DNA of 64,000 bases from Candidatus Versatilivoraceae bacterium (GTDB lineage: Bacteria > Acidobacteriota > Terriglobia > Versatilivoradales > Versatilivoraceae), in the NCBI GenBank assembly GCA_965197895.1, contig OZ240232.1, positions 330,318 to 394,317 of the forward strand, written 5' to 3'. This document shows, in pieces, positions 29,914 through 39,462 of the stretch; position 1 is the first letter of the stretch; every line of letters starts with the position of its first letter. A model generated the notes under the pieces. It was not told the DNA's origin. It ran no database searches and worked only from the letters and a program-made list of their open reading frames with translations. Both the position numbers and the translations under genes were made by a program.

Positions 29914-31905
29914 AGAGGCACGTGGGCTGTAGCGCTTTCCGGCTGCCAGTTGGGTCCGAACGTGAGCCTTCCCGACTGTGCCGGGACCACTCGATGTGCC
30001 GGGTATCCTTCGAAGTGGCGCCATCGCGGTGAAAGACGGTTTCCGGGAGCCGAACCGGCACCATTCGAACGCAGGAAACCCTTCGGTTGCTCGAACCGTC
30101 TCGATTGCCTCAGGGGCGATGACCCGAATCGAGGGGAGCCGACGCTATCCGGTATCGGCGAAGGGAACCGCGCCGACCAGCGAGCCCATCCGATCCCGGC
30201 GTCCCGCCCGTGCCTGGGCCAGGGCCATCATCACCGTCATCGCCAGCCCGACCCGTGCCGTCATCCGGCTCCGGCCGCGCAGGAAGTGCCGCTCGAACCC
30301 GAAGTCGTTGTCGAGGCGGCTGTAGATCCGTTCCAGCGCACTGCGACCCCGGTAGCCCCGCTTCCAGGACGGGCTGCCGTAGGGGGTCGGAGTGAAGAGG
30401 CGCCGATCCTGGGTGGCCAGGGGAATCCGTACGATGCGGCCGAAAGCCCCCGCCTGCGAGCCTGCCGCCCGGTAACAGCTTTCCCGGCCGGCACAGCCAT
30501 ACCCATAGGCCGCCGCCGGGCAGCGGTACTTCAGCCTCCCCCGCTCCGCCTCAAAGCCCTGGAAGGCCATCGGTCGCTGGGTGCCGGTTTCAGGGCAGAG
30601 GCAGCCCACTTCCCCCTTTTCGGTATGCACGATGGTATCGGCCCGGCCCGGATACAGCGGTCGCGTGATCCCTTGGGTGGGGTCGTAGCCCGGCTCCTTC
30701 TTCTCCTGCTTCCACAACTCCCGGGGTTCGATCAAGGGACGGATGCCGTAGTCGTCCCATAACTTCGCCTTGACCGGCCCGCTGTCGAGGCCGCGGTCCG
30801 CGCTGAAGTCCCGGCACCGCTTCGCCAGTTCCGGCGTCTCCTCGAACAACTCCTCCGTCATCGCCTCCAGTTGTTTCACCTCCGATTGCGAGGCCCGCCT
30901 CACCCGGCAGGCCACCGGAATCTCGTAGCGGGTGTCGGCGATCAGGTGCACCCGATAGCCGAACCAGGTCTTGATCTTCCTCCACAGCTTCCCCGTCTTG
31001 CCGTCCACCCCCCGCGTCTCGTGCTTCCCCCAGTCCGCATCCGGATCCGAGGTCTTCCCCCTCTTCCTCCCCGTCGAATGGCTCTCCACCGCCTTCCCGT
31101 CGTACCCCAGATGCTCCCCGAACCCCTCCACCTCCTCCATCAGTTGCTCCCGCACGTGCCGCATCATCGCTGCAATCCCTCCCTGCTTCTCCTCCTGCTT
31201 GACCACCGCACTGAGAAACCGCGAGAAGTTCCAGGCCGACGGCACCCCATCCCCTCTCGGTACCTCCTTCAACACCACCTTCGGTCCCTCGGCACCCACC
31301 ACCACCTCCCGCTTCGGCCGCCTCCGCGGTCCCAGCCGATCAAACCCGCACACCTCCAGAAGCGCCGGGTTGCGCCTCAGTTCCCGCAACAGCGATTGTA
31401 TCGAGACATGCTGGAAGACGATCCCCGCCACCAGCGCCCGCCACATCGCCCGGATCGGATAGTCGTCCCGGCCCCGGCCCCGACGCTGCTCCAACGCCGC
31501 CAGCAGCTCTTCGTCCGGCAGTGCCTTCAGAACCATCTCCAGACGCTCCAGTTCAGGCCGGCGTTCCACATCGCTCCACCAAAACAACCCACGGTTATGA
31601 TTCACCACCTCGCTTGCTCCTGGTCGCGGATCTCAGAGTTAACTTCAATACATTCTGTCACATAGAGACCCACCCAGCCAGCAGTTTCCCGCTGGCAGCG
31701 GCTCAGGCTGACCTCTGTTTGCCTCCTCCCCACCCCCTCCAATGATTCCCGTACCCTCTCGTCCGACCTTTGGGGTGAAATCCGGCCATTCCCCCATCCA
31801 CGCCCTTCCAAACCCTTGATAATCCTGAGTGTCCTTGGGGTAAAATGTTTTGCACCCCTTGAAAACCTTGGCTTTTCAAGGGGTTCCCAACAGCGCACAC
31901 GCCTC
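29914..31905 (-). mobile_element. IS element copy 2 (IS5/IS1182-like), apparently intact, inverted relative to copy 1
   Basis: The outer inverted repeat CAGCGCACACGCCTC (31891-31905) has 1 mismatch. The inner end is a degenerate repeat gagaggcacgtgggctg at about 29914. Its 5' leader (31609-31905) and 3' tail (29914-30144) are colinear with copy 1. Confidence 0.7.
30145..31608 (-). CDS. DDE transposase, IS5 family / IS1182-like (DUF772-like N-terminus, Cys-rich C-terminus)
   Basis: 487 aa with a YRVHLIADTRYEIP DDE core. The C-terminal cysteines (CLCPETG..RCPAAAYGYGCAGRESC) match the IS1182-group pattern. The family assignment is from memory. Confidence 0.7.
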   Translation of the reverse strand: MVNHNRGLFWWSDVERRPELERLEMVLKALPDEELLAALEQRRGRGRDDYPIRAMWRALVAGIVFQHVSIQSLLRELRRNPALLEVCGFDRLGPRRRPKREVVVGAEGPKVVLKEVPRGDGVPSAWNFSRFLSAVVKQEEKQGGIAAMMRHVREQLMEEVEGFGEHLGYDGKAVESHSTGRKRGKTSDPDADWGKHETRGVDGKTGKLWRKIKTWFGYRVHLIADTRYEIPVACRVRRASQSEVKQLEAMTEELFEETPELAKRCRDFSADRGLDSGPVKAKLWDDYGIRPLIEPRELWKQEKKEPGYDPTQGITRPLYPGRADTIVHTEKGEVGCLCPETGTQRPMAFQGFEAERGRLKYRCPAAAYGYGCAGRESCYRAAGSQAGAFGRIVRIPLATQDRRLFTPTPYGSPSWKRGYRGRSALERIYSRLDNDFGFERHFLRGRSRMTARVGLAMTVMMALAQARAGRRDRMGSLVGAVPFADTG

Positions 31906-32023
31906 ATTTCGAGTGTCGAGTTTGCGAGGGGACATCGTGGACCGCCTACATTGTGCTAAGCTTTCTTTGAGGTCGTCCGAAGTCTCCTCCTGAAACCCAG
32001 GCCGGTACCTCACTCCAGGGCGG

Positions 32024-34390
32024 GTGAGTCCGGAGCCAACCGGGATCACGGTCCAAAGATTCCTAGTGCACTCATTCGATCCCTCTGACACCCAAGCTGA
32101 CTCCTCGCAAGTTTGGTCCAATCCGGCCCCGACCCGATTGCTGGTCGCGTGCCTCCTCCTGATCGCGCTTTTTCTGGATTCAAGCAGATCCTGGGCTCAG
32201 AAGCCAGAGTCTCAGCAGTCTTCGTCCTCCCGGACCTCCAGTCCTCTGTCCATCCAGCTCGGTGATGAAGTCGTCACGGTTCGGGCCGATCGACAAGTCA
32301 GAACGGGGAAACATGAGTATGTTGCCCAAGGCAATGTGGAGGTCAGTTACCGAGACATGCTTTTGAGAGCTGACGAGATTTTTGGCAACGACCAGACCAG
32401 GGATATCGATGGTGAAGGAAATGTTTATTTTGAGCAGGGTCTCACTCACCTGCAAGCCTCTCGCTTCAAGTTCAACCTCGACAGCCAGACGGGAACCTTC
32501 TACGAAGTCCGTGGCAGAACGGACTTTGAGTTGAGTGGTAAAGTGGACACTGGCTTCATCTTTAAAGCCAAAGAAGTCCACAAGGTTGCCGCCGACCAGT
32601 ATCGGATTGTGGAAGGCACTGTCACGGCCTGTGAGGACCCACTACCCAAGTGGAGCTTCTCGGCAAAGAAAGCTGACTTCAAAGTGGACCAGCCCGTGTA
32701 TCTCAAGCACGCCGTCTTCAGAATCAAGAAAATCCCCCTGTTTTACAGCCCCTTTATCAGAGCACCAACCAGTCAAAAGCAGCGGAAGACGGGCCTGCTG
32801 CTGCCTTCCACGGGCAATTCCTCGAGCCGGGGCCGCTCAGTCAGTGGAGCCTTTTTCCTGACCTTGGGTCGTAGCGCCGATTTGCTGACGCGAGCGGACT
32901 ATTATTCCAAGCGTGGGCCAGGCGGTGGGCTGGATTTCAAAGCCAGGCCCAACGAGAACAGCTCCATTTCCGCCATCGGCTACTTTGCCCTGGATCGGTT
33001 GGGCTTCGGTGGCCAAAGCGCACAGGTCAAGGCGAGATCGCAGTGGGAGAATGGATTTCGGGCAGCGGCAGACGTGGATGTCGTCAGCTCTCAGGAGTTT
33101 CGACAGGTTTACGGAGTTAATTTCAACACGATCTCCCGCCCCGACGAGGTCTCCTCGGGCTTTCTGACCCGAAACTTTTCCAGCGATAGCCTGAACGTTT
33201 TTGTAGAACGGCGGGCAACGGTTTTTTCCCGAGAAAGAGGGGTCACCAGCCGCACCTTTCCAAGTTTCAACTTGAACGGCCACCGGCGCAGGATTAAGGA
33301 CTGGCCGATCTACTTCTCTTACGACACCTCGGTAGAAGGAATGAGCCGGACAGATGCCCGGCTATCGACTCCGGCCGTGGTTCAGCGATTTGATTTCTAC
33401 CCCAGATTATCTCTTCCCCTCATCCGGTGGAGTGGAATCAGCCTGACTCCCACCATAGGATGGCGGGAAACCTTTTACTCCAACCGCCTGGACTTCTCCA
33501 GTCCTACCGGAATCGGACCAAGAAATTTGATGCGCTCTGCTTTTGATCTGGAACTGGATTGGAGGGGACCGGGGTTGCAAAAGGTCTTTCAGGTCGGCCA
33601 GCATCGCTTGAAGCATCTCATTGAACCGTCGCTAACCTATCGGTTTATCTCTGGTATCGATGAGTTTAGTGAGACCATCCTCTTTGACGAAAAGGATATC
33701 TTCAGCAATTCCAATGAGGTTGAGTACGTCTTGAAAAATCGATTCTTTGCTCGACGTCCCACCTCCGATGGAGGTCGCACGACCAGCGAGTTTCTATCGT
33801 TGAGTATTGGGCAGAAGTACTTCTTTGATCCCACCTTCGGCGGGGCATTGATCCCGGGCCGAAGAAACGTTCTATTTCCTGCCAATACGCTGTCGGCATT
33901 CGCTTACCTGGATGGCACCAGGAAGATGTCTCCCATCACGTCCCGCCTGCGCTTTACCCCTGCTCAGCGCTATACTGTTGACTTCAGGGCCGACTACGAT
34001 CCTGAAGTTCGCCGGTTTCGTGCCGGCAGCGTTGCGGGAAGAGTCAACATCTCGGGAAATTTCCTCAGCCTGACTTATTACAGTACTCGCAATTTACCCC
34101 CCACTCAGTTTCGTTCCAACCAGATCCGCGCACGGCTGGGTCGCTCCTCGCACCGAGGAATCAGCGCTGCCTTCAGTTTTGTATACAATTTCAGCACCCG
34201 AGCCAGACAGTACTCCGCAGGGCAGCTAGCCTACAATTGGGATTGCTGCGGAGTGGCGGTTCAACTTCGCCAAGTGGGTTTAAGGCAATTCAATCCTCGG
34301 CTGGCGAACGAATCCCAAGTTCGGTTCAGCTTCTTCCTGAAAAACATCGGATCGTTCGGTACTCTAAGAAAGAGAGAGCAGCTTTTCTAA
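32024..34390 (+). CDS. lptD: LPS-assembly outer-membrane protein LptD (OstA)
   Basis: An OstA_N-like region (VTVRADRQVRTGKHEYVAQGNVEV..) is followed by the long LptD C-terminal barrel with the conserved CC motif (AYNWDCCGVAVQL). The true start is probably TTG 32138, giving the signal peptide LLVACLLLIALFL. Confidence 0.7.
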   Translation: MSPEPTGITVQRFLVHSFDPSDTQADSSQVWSNPAPTRLLVACLLLIALFLDSSRSWAQKPESQQSSSSRTSSPLSIQLGDEVVTVRADRQVRTGKHEYVAQGNVEVSYRDMLLRADEIFGNDQTRDIDGEGNVYFEQGLTHLQASRFKFNLDSQTGTFYEVRGRTDFELSGKVDTGFIFKAKEVHKVAADQYRIVEGTVTACEDPLPKWSFSAKKADFKVDQPVYLKHAVFRIKKIPLFYSPFIRAPTSQKQRKTGLLLPSTGNSSSRGRSVSGAFFLTLGRSADLLTRADYYSKRGPGGGLDFKARPNENSSISAIGYFALDRLGFGGQSAQVKARSQWENGFRAAADVDVVSSQEFRQVYGVNFNTISRPDEVSSGFLTRNFSSDSLNVFVERRATVFSRERGVTSRTFPSFNLNGHRRRIKDWPIYFSYDTSVEGMSRTDARLSTPAVVQRFDFYPRLSLPLIRWSGISLTPTIGWRETFYSNRLDFSSPTGIGPRNLMRSAFDLELDWRGPGLQKVFQVGQHRLKHLIEPSLTYRFISGIDEFSETILFDEKDIFSNSNEVEYVLKNRFFARRPTSDGGRTTSEFLSLSIGQKYFFDPTFGGALIPGRRNVLFPANTLSAFAYLDGTRKMSPITSRLRFTPAQRYTVDFRADYDPEVRRFRAGSVAGRVNISGNFLSLTYYSTRNLPPTQFRSNQIRARLGRSSHRGISAAFSFVYNFSTRARQYSAGQLAYNWDCCGVAVQLRQVGLRQFNPRLANESQVRFSFFLKNIGSFGTLRKREQLF

Positions 34391-34633
34391 ATGAGATCTC
34401 TTAAATCAACACAATGGACTTCAGAAGATCTCCTTCTCTTTATTTTTCTACGTATTTTCCGAGCTGGTAATTTTTCTTAGTTCAACATGGGTCTAGTCTG
34501 TTTGTTTTCTCATGGAGTTTCTAGTATCTAAACACGTATATAGGATAGAGGACCCAATTCCCTTGAAAACGTGGGGGAAATTGGCTATCTTTTCACAAAA
34601 GTCGATGCTTGTATCGGGAGATCATCGTAAGAA

Positions 34634-36358
34634 ATGACTCAGGAAACCATGGATGGAGCCCAGGCATTGGTTAGAGGCCTGGAAAATGAAGGAGTGGAGT
34701 ACATTTGGGGGCTGTCGGGTGGAGCGGCCATTCCGATTTTCGACGCCCTCGTGACCACCAAAACCAAGATCAAGCTGGTGTTGGTCAGGCACGAACAAGG
34801 GGCGTCCCACATGGCAGACGGCTACGCCCGAGCCACGGGCCGACCCGGGGTTGTTCTGGTCACCAGCGGCCCGGGTGCCACCAACACCGTGACCGGGATT
34901 ATGACCGCCCACATGGATTCCATACCGATGGTCGTTTTAACCGGCCAGACCGTGACTCCCATGCTGGGCAAGGACGCCTTCCAGGAAGCTGACGTCTTCG
35001 GCCTGACCATGCCGATCGTCAAGCACAGCTACTTGATCAAGAACACCGCCGACATCCCGAGAATCGTGAGAGAGGCTTTCTATATTGCCAATACCGGACG
35101 GCCGGGGCCGGTGCTGATCGACGTTCCCAAGGACGTGAGCCAGGGAGCTTTTTCCGGAGACCTTCACGCGGAGATGGATTTGCCGGGATACCGGGTGGAG
35201 AACCGCCTGGATCATAGCCGAATCCTGGAGATCGCCGGGGCCCTCAACCGTGCCCGAAAGCCGATTTTGCTGGTGGGTCATGGGGCTCTGGTAGCCAACG
35301 CCTCTAGCGCTGTCAGGACGTTGGCAGAGAAATTGGGCGCCCCGGTGACGACGACCTTGTTGGGCAAAGGAGCCTTTCCGGAATCCCATCCTCTATCACT
35401 CGGCATGTTGGGAATGCATGGGACGGCTTATGCCAATAAGGCCATGGTGGAGTGCGACCTGGTCATGTCGATCGGTTCTCGCTATGACGACCGTATTGTT
35501 GGACAACCACACCGTTTTTGTAAGGACGCAGTCCGCATCCACGTCGACATCGATGAGGCCGAAATCGGCAAAATGATCAAGTGTCATCACTGGTGTGTTG
35601 GAGACGCTCGAGTGATCGTGCAGGAACTGATCAAGCATGTGGGACCCCTGAACACTTCGGACTGGTTGAGACATCTGGAGGGGTACAAAAAGAAATTTCC
35701 ACTCAAGTACAAGAAGCGCGGCGGCCTGAAAATGCAACATGTCTTGGACGAGTTACATAAGCTGACCCGGGGCAGGGCCATCATCTCCACCGACGTCGGG
35801 CAACACCAGATGTGGGCTGCCCAGTTCTGCAAGACGGACTACCCTGCGAACTGGCTCAGTTCCGGTGGTGCAGGCACCATGGGGTTTGGGCTTCCTGCTG
35901 CCATAGGCGCCCAGTTTGGCCGTCCCAAGGATTTGGTGGTGGCGGTGGTGGGTGACGGTGGATTTCAAATGACGATGAGTGAGCTGTCGACCGCCTGCGT
36001 TCACAAACTGCCGATCAAGGTCATCATTCTCAACAATCACTATCTGGGGATGGTGCGGCAGTGGCAGGAACTGTTTTATGGGGAACGCGAGAGCGGCGTG
36101 GATTTGGAAGGCAACCCAGACTTCGCCAAGCTGGCAGCTGCCTATGCGGGGGCTAAAGGGTTCACCTTGAAACGGCCGGCCGATGTCAGAAAAATCCTCC
36201 AGCGGGCCCTCGACTACGATCAAGGCCCGGCGGTGGTGAACGCGGAATGCGAAAAGACGGACAACGTCTATCCCATGATCCCCGCCGGCAGGGCGCTCGA
36301 AGACATGCTGATCGAGAAGCCCAAGACAAGGTTGGAGAAACCCAGCGGATCCACCTAG
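34634..36358 (+). CDS. ilvB: Acetolactate synthase large subunit (biosynthetic, TPP/FAD)
   Basis: 574 aa, colinear with IlvB (GAQALVRGLENEGVEYIWGLSGGA.., GTMGFGLPAAIGAQ). Confidence 0.85.
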   Translation: MTQETMDGAQALVRGLENEGVEYIWGLSGGAAIPIFDALVTTKTKIKLVLVRHEQGASHMADGYARATGRPGVVLVTSGPGATNTVTGIMTAHMDSIPMVVLTGQTVTPMLGKDAFQEADVFGLTMPIVKHSYLIKNTADIPRIVREAFYIANTGRPGPVLIDVPKDVSQGAFSGDLHAEMDLPGYRVENRLDHSRILEIAGALNRARKPILLVGHGALVANASSAVRTLAEKLGAPVTTTLLGKGAFPESHPLSLGMLGMHGTAYANKAMVECDLVMSIGSRYDDRIVGQPHRFCKDAVRIHVDIDEAEIGKMIKCHHWCVGDARVIVQELIKHVGPLNTSDWLRHLEGYKKKFPLKYKKRGGLKMQHVLDELHKLTRGRAIISTDVGQHQMWAAQFCKTDYPANWLSSGGAGTMGFGLPAAIGAQFGRPKDLVVAVVGDGGFQMTMSELSTACVHKLPIKVIILNNHYLGMVRQWQELFYGERESGVDLEGNPDFAKLAAAYAGAKGFTLKRPADVRKILQRALDYDQGPAVVNAECEKTDNVYPMIPAGRALEDMLIEKPKTRLEKPSGST

Positions 36359-36575
36359 GAGTCTGCGCCGTGGAACACTGCCGGGGCCTTCCGGTGGACT
36401 ATGATTCCTATAATTGGCGAGAAATCCGCTGGGACAAGAACGTTCTACCCTATTCTCAGCAAAGCTTCGACCTTATTATGGAAGACTGTCCCTGAAAATT
36501 TTTCTGCGGCGCAGACTCCTGGATCGATGCCGCGGCCCGACGTCTGGTAGGGTCCGTCTCTGCGAGAGAAGACCT

Positions 36576-37082
36576 ATGGAAAACTTTCTGAGTGGCGACA
36601 CCCATACTTTGAGCGTTTATGTATCGAACAAGCCGGGTGTCCTGGCCAGGATCGCCCAGGTTTTCGCCCGTCGCGGATACAACATCGATTCCCTGGTTGT
36701 CTCCTCTTCGGTGGATGGCAAGTTCTCCAGAATGACCATCACCACCAAGGGCGGTCCGCAGGGGTTGGAACAAATTATCAAACAGGTGAACAAGCTGATC
36801 GACGTGGTGCACTGTGTGGACCACACGGGCGAAAGCGCCGTTACCCAGGAGCTTGCCCTGATCAAAGTTGCAGCAGGGCCGGAAGATCGCAGCGAGGCCC
36901 TCCAGGTGGCGGAACACTTCAAATGCAAGACGGTTGACCTCACCGAATCCTCCATGATCCTGATGGCGACAGGCGGCACGGATAAGATCGATGCCCTGGT
37001 CCGCATGGTTCACAAATACAAGATCATCGAGCTGGTACGGACTGGGAAAGTGGTCATGGCCAGAGGCGACGTGGTGACCTGA
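36576..37082 (+). CDS. ilvN: Acetolactate synthase small (regulatory) subunit
   Basis: The ACT domain HTLSVYVSNKPGVLARIAQVFARRGYNIDSL is the IlvH/IlvN signature. Start ATG is at 36576. Confidence 0.8.
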   Translation: MENFLSGDTHTLSVYVSNKPGVLARIAQVFARRGYNIDSLVVSSSVDGKFSRMTITTKGGPQGLEQIIKQVNKLIDVVHCVDHTGESAVTQELALIKVAAGPEDRSEALQVAEHFKCKTVDLTESSMILMATGGTDKIDALVRMVHKYKIIELVRTGKVVMARGDVVT

Positions 37083-37422
37083 GAGGGACGGAGACTCTGA
37101 ACCCAACGTTCCGCTTCTGACCGCCGGTTTGGCTTCCTCCATCTCCACCCTCGGAGATGTAGATCCCCTAACACTCCCACCAACCCCTTTTTACCCTATC
37201 GGATCCCAACGGCACACTGAGCCTGACCTTTCTTTTCCTCGAAGTCAGCGGCGATAGCTGTGGCTATTCCGTTCACCGATCCTCCGGTTTCTTCCGGTTC
37301 CCCTGAAGCTCAGGAGAGGCTTCGCGGGCACGGTCGTAGATCGCTCGAGCCGCGAAGTGGTTGGCTCGCTGCTCTTCCGGATTGCTTCCGTTCGCCTCAA
37401 ATAAAAAGTGTGAAAAAAGTCC

Positions 37423-37451
37423 TTGACAAGAGGATGGTCCCCCTTTATTCT
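37423..37451 (+). promoter_or_regulatory. Sigma70-like promoter (TTGACA-17 nt-TATTCT) upstream of the RHH/EXLDI-like gene
   Basis: A -35 element TTGACA at 37423-37428, a 17-nt spacer and a -10 element TATTCT at 37446-37451. It is embedded in a locally AT-rich stretch. Confidence 0.45.
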
Positions 37452-37533
37452 CGAGTTGAAGTTGGATATAACATGTAACTAAATATGGTTAATCGATGCA
37501 AAAAACTCTCTTCTGAAGGAAAAGGAAACTACT

Positions 37534-38151
37534 ATGCCCCCCAAGACTCTGTACGTGAAGGATGAGCGGCTTTGGGAAAAAGCCAAGCGTCTGGCCGGCC
37601 ATCAAGGCTTTTCAGGAGTCATCATGCAATTGCTTGCCAAATGGGTGGCAGACAAGGAAAAGCAAGAGGCCATGAAGAGTGACAAAGAGTTCACTGAAAT
37701 CGAACTGTGGGTGGGCGGTAACATAGCTCCCAGCGCAGATCTCCCCGATGACCAGATAAAAGAGGACCACAAGATTGTCTTCACCGGACGGTTGCTCGCT
37801 AGCAGCCCACGGTACGAAGACGAACTTGTTCCAGATGTGGAAGTCTATCAGATGAAGAGCGGGCGACTGGTCGTCTACAAGGTTTATCGCGATTATTCCG
37901 TTGCAACGGATCAAGAATCCCAAGCTACATACAAGGTCTTCTCTAACTTCGAGGGCCTCCGGCAAAGCTCTGTCTTCTCTGACTATGAAAAGATGCTCGA
38001 CGAAAAGTGGGAGGGTCTGGGAATGGAGTTGACCACCCTGGCAGCAGAAGATGAAGAAAAATTTGTAGAAAAAATAGCAGCAATCAGCTTGCAATTCCAG
38101 CGAGACATCACCAATGCCCTCGGAGCCGAGTTGGTTATTCGCATTGATTAG
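37534..38151 (+). CDS. Hypothetical protein with RHH-like N-terminus, resembling the EXLDI family (TIGR04342-like)
   Basis: The N-terminus MPPKTLYVKDERLWEKAKRLAG..FSGVIMQLL matches my recollection of EXLDI proteins (MPNKTIYVSDEDL..RAQELAG..LSAAI..) and looks like a ribbon-helix-helix. The C-terminus ends ..VIRID. The gene is about 47% GC against a 60% background. Confidence 0.45.
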   Translation: MPPKTLYVKDERLWEKAKRLAGHQGFSGVIMQLLAKWVADKEKQEAMKSDKEFTEIELWVGGNIAPSADLPDDQIKEDHKIVFTGRLLASSPRYEDELVPDVEVYQMKSGRLVVYKVYRDYSVATDQESQATYKVFSNFEGLRQSSVFSDYEKMLDEKWEGLGMELTTLAAEDEEKFVEKIAAISLQFQRDITNALGAELVIRID

Positions 38152-38250
38152 TCGCCCAGGTATGTTACCAAGCGCTCCAAGTTGGGAGCGAAAGGCCGCC
38201 GAATGATTGGTGATCGAAGAGACCTAGACAATGCCTTAGGAGGACACACG

Positions 38251-38553
38251 ATGCGACTAAGCGAACACGCAGAGGCCCGCGGCCGGTCACGAGGCGTTGA
38301 GATTTCCTCTCTCATACTGATCAAGCGTTTCGGTCATTCCGTGAGAGTCGCGGGCGGCGCGAAAGTCTGGATTGCCAACGAGCGAGAGCGCAGAGAAATC
38401 CTGAGACATGCGAGGGCTGAGCAACTCAGCAAGAGACAAGTAAAGGCCGTGCAGCGAAACTTCGAGCGGACGGCCCCACCCTATTTCGTCGAAGCGTCCG
38501 ACGGTACGGTCATAACTACAGGCCGTCGGACGCGGAAAATTCACCGCCGCTGA
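38251..38553 (+). CDS. DUF4258-like small protein
   Basis: An AGGAGG Shine-Dalgarno lies 8 nt upstream of the ATG. RLSEHAEARGRSRGVEISSLILIKRFG ... DGTVITTGR matches the DUF4258 pattern (S.HA..R..ERGI..EEV ... VVITVY). Confidence 0.45.
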   Translation: MRLSEHAEARGRSRGVEISSLILIKRFGHSVRVAGGAKVWIANERERREILRHARAEQLSKRQVKAVQRNFERTAPPYFVEASDGTVITTGRRTRKIHRR

Positions 38554-38808
38554 CGAGGGGCGGCGGGACACCCCCGGCCACTGTCGACTTCTTGGGAGCG
38601 CAGACTCGACGGTCATCGATTCTGAGCAGTTCGCGGTTCGCCGGTGATAGGTCGTGGCAAGGCTTCCGAGTCACAGATGATGATGAATCCTGGTATCCGT
38701 GGACGCTGTGCCAGTGCCTCTCCGGGTACCAGCGGTGTAAGCCGGCTTGAGTTTCGCTTTTGATTCGCCTAGAATACGAGGATGAGGCTGGCCAAGTCAG
38801 GAGGTGAG

Positions 38809-39462
38809 ATGGCACTAACCAAGCGTCAATATCAAGTCCTTGCTTTTCTGGACTCCTTTGTTCGCCGCAACGGCTATTGTCCCAGCTACGACGAAGTCAG
38901 AAAAAACCTGGGTCTTGCCTCCCTGGCCACGGTGCACAAGCACATGAACACTTTGGAGGGAAAGGGCTTTATTCGACGGGACCCCAATCGGAGTCGCTCC
39001 ATCGAGGTGATCGACCGACGTCCCATGATCGAGGCAACCGCCTCAAGGAAGGATACACTGGCGGACCTTAGGCTTCTGGACACCGCTCAATCTCTACCCT
39101 TATTGGGTCGAATTGCGGCCGGTCGGCCGGTTGAGGCCTTTGCTGATGAGGAGACGTTGTCTCTGCAGGAGTTCGTCGGAAACAAGAACGTCTACGTCTT
39201 GCAGGTCAAGGGAGACTCCATGATCGAGGACCACATTTGTGATGGAGACTATGTGGTGGTGGAGAGCACCCGCCGCGCTGACAACGGGGATACGGTGGTT
39301 GCCCTTGTCGAAGGGAACGAGGCCACGCTGAAACGATTCTATCGCGAAGGAGATGGTCGCCTCCGACTCCAACCTGCCAACTCATCCATGGAACCGATTC
39401 TCATGGAGGACGGGGAACTGGAGATCCAAGGCAGAGTCATTGGCGTCTTACGCAAGTATTAG
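38809..39462 (+). CDS. lexA: LexA repressor (wHTH + S24 peptidase)
   Basis: LTKRQYQVLAFL..GYCPSYDEV, the Ala-Gly cleavage site (RIAAGRP), and the S24 motifs (GDSM and KRF). Confidence 0.85.
   Translation: MALTKRQYQVLAFLDSFVRRNGYCPSYDEVRKNLGLASLATVHKHMNTLEGKGFIRRDPNRSRSIEVIDRRPMIEATASRKDTLADLRLLDTAQSLPLLGRIAAGRPVEAFADEETLSLQEFVGNKNVYVLQVKGDSMIEDHICDGDYVVVESTRRADNGDTVVALVEGNEATLKRFYREGDGRLRLQPANSSMEPILMEDGELEIQGRVIGVLRKY

Noticed and set aside
38615-38640. GTTCgcgGTTC upstream of lexA as an alphaproteobacterial-type LexA box (GTTC-N7-GTTC).
   Set aside because: The spacing is 3 nt, not 7, and the lineage is not Alphaproteobacteria. No convincing palindromic SOS box was identified by eye.
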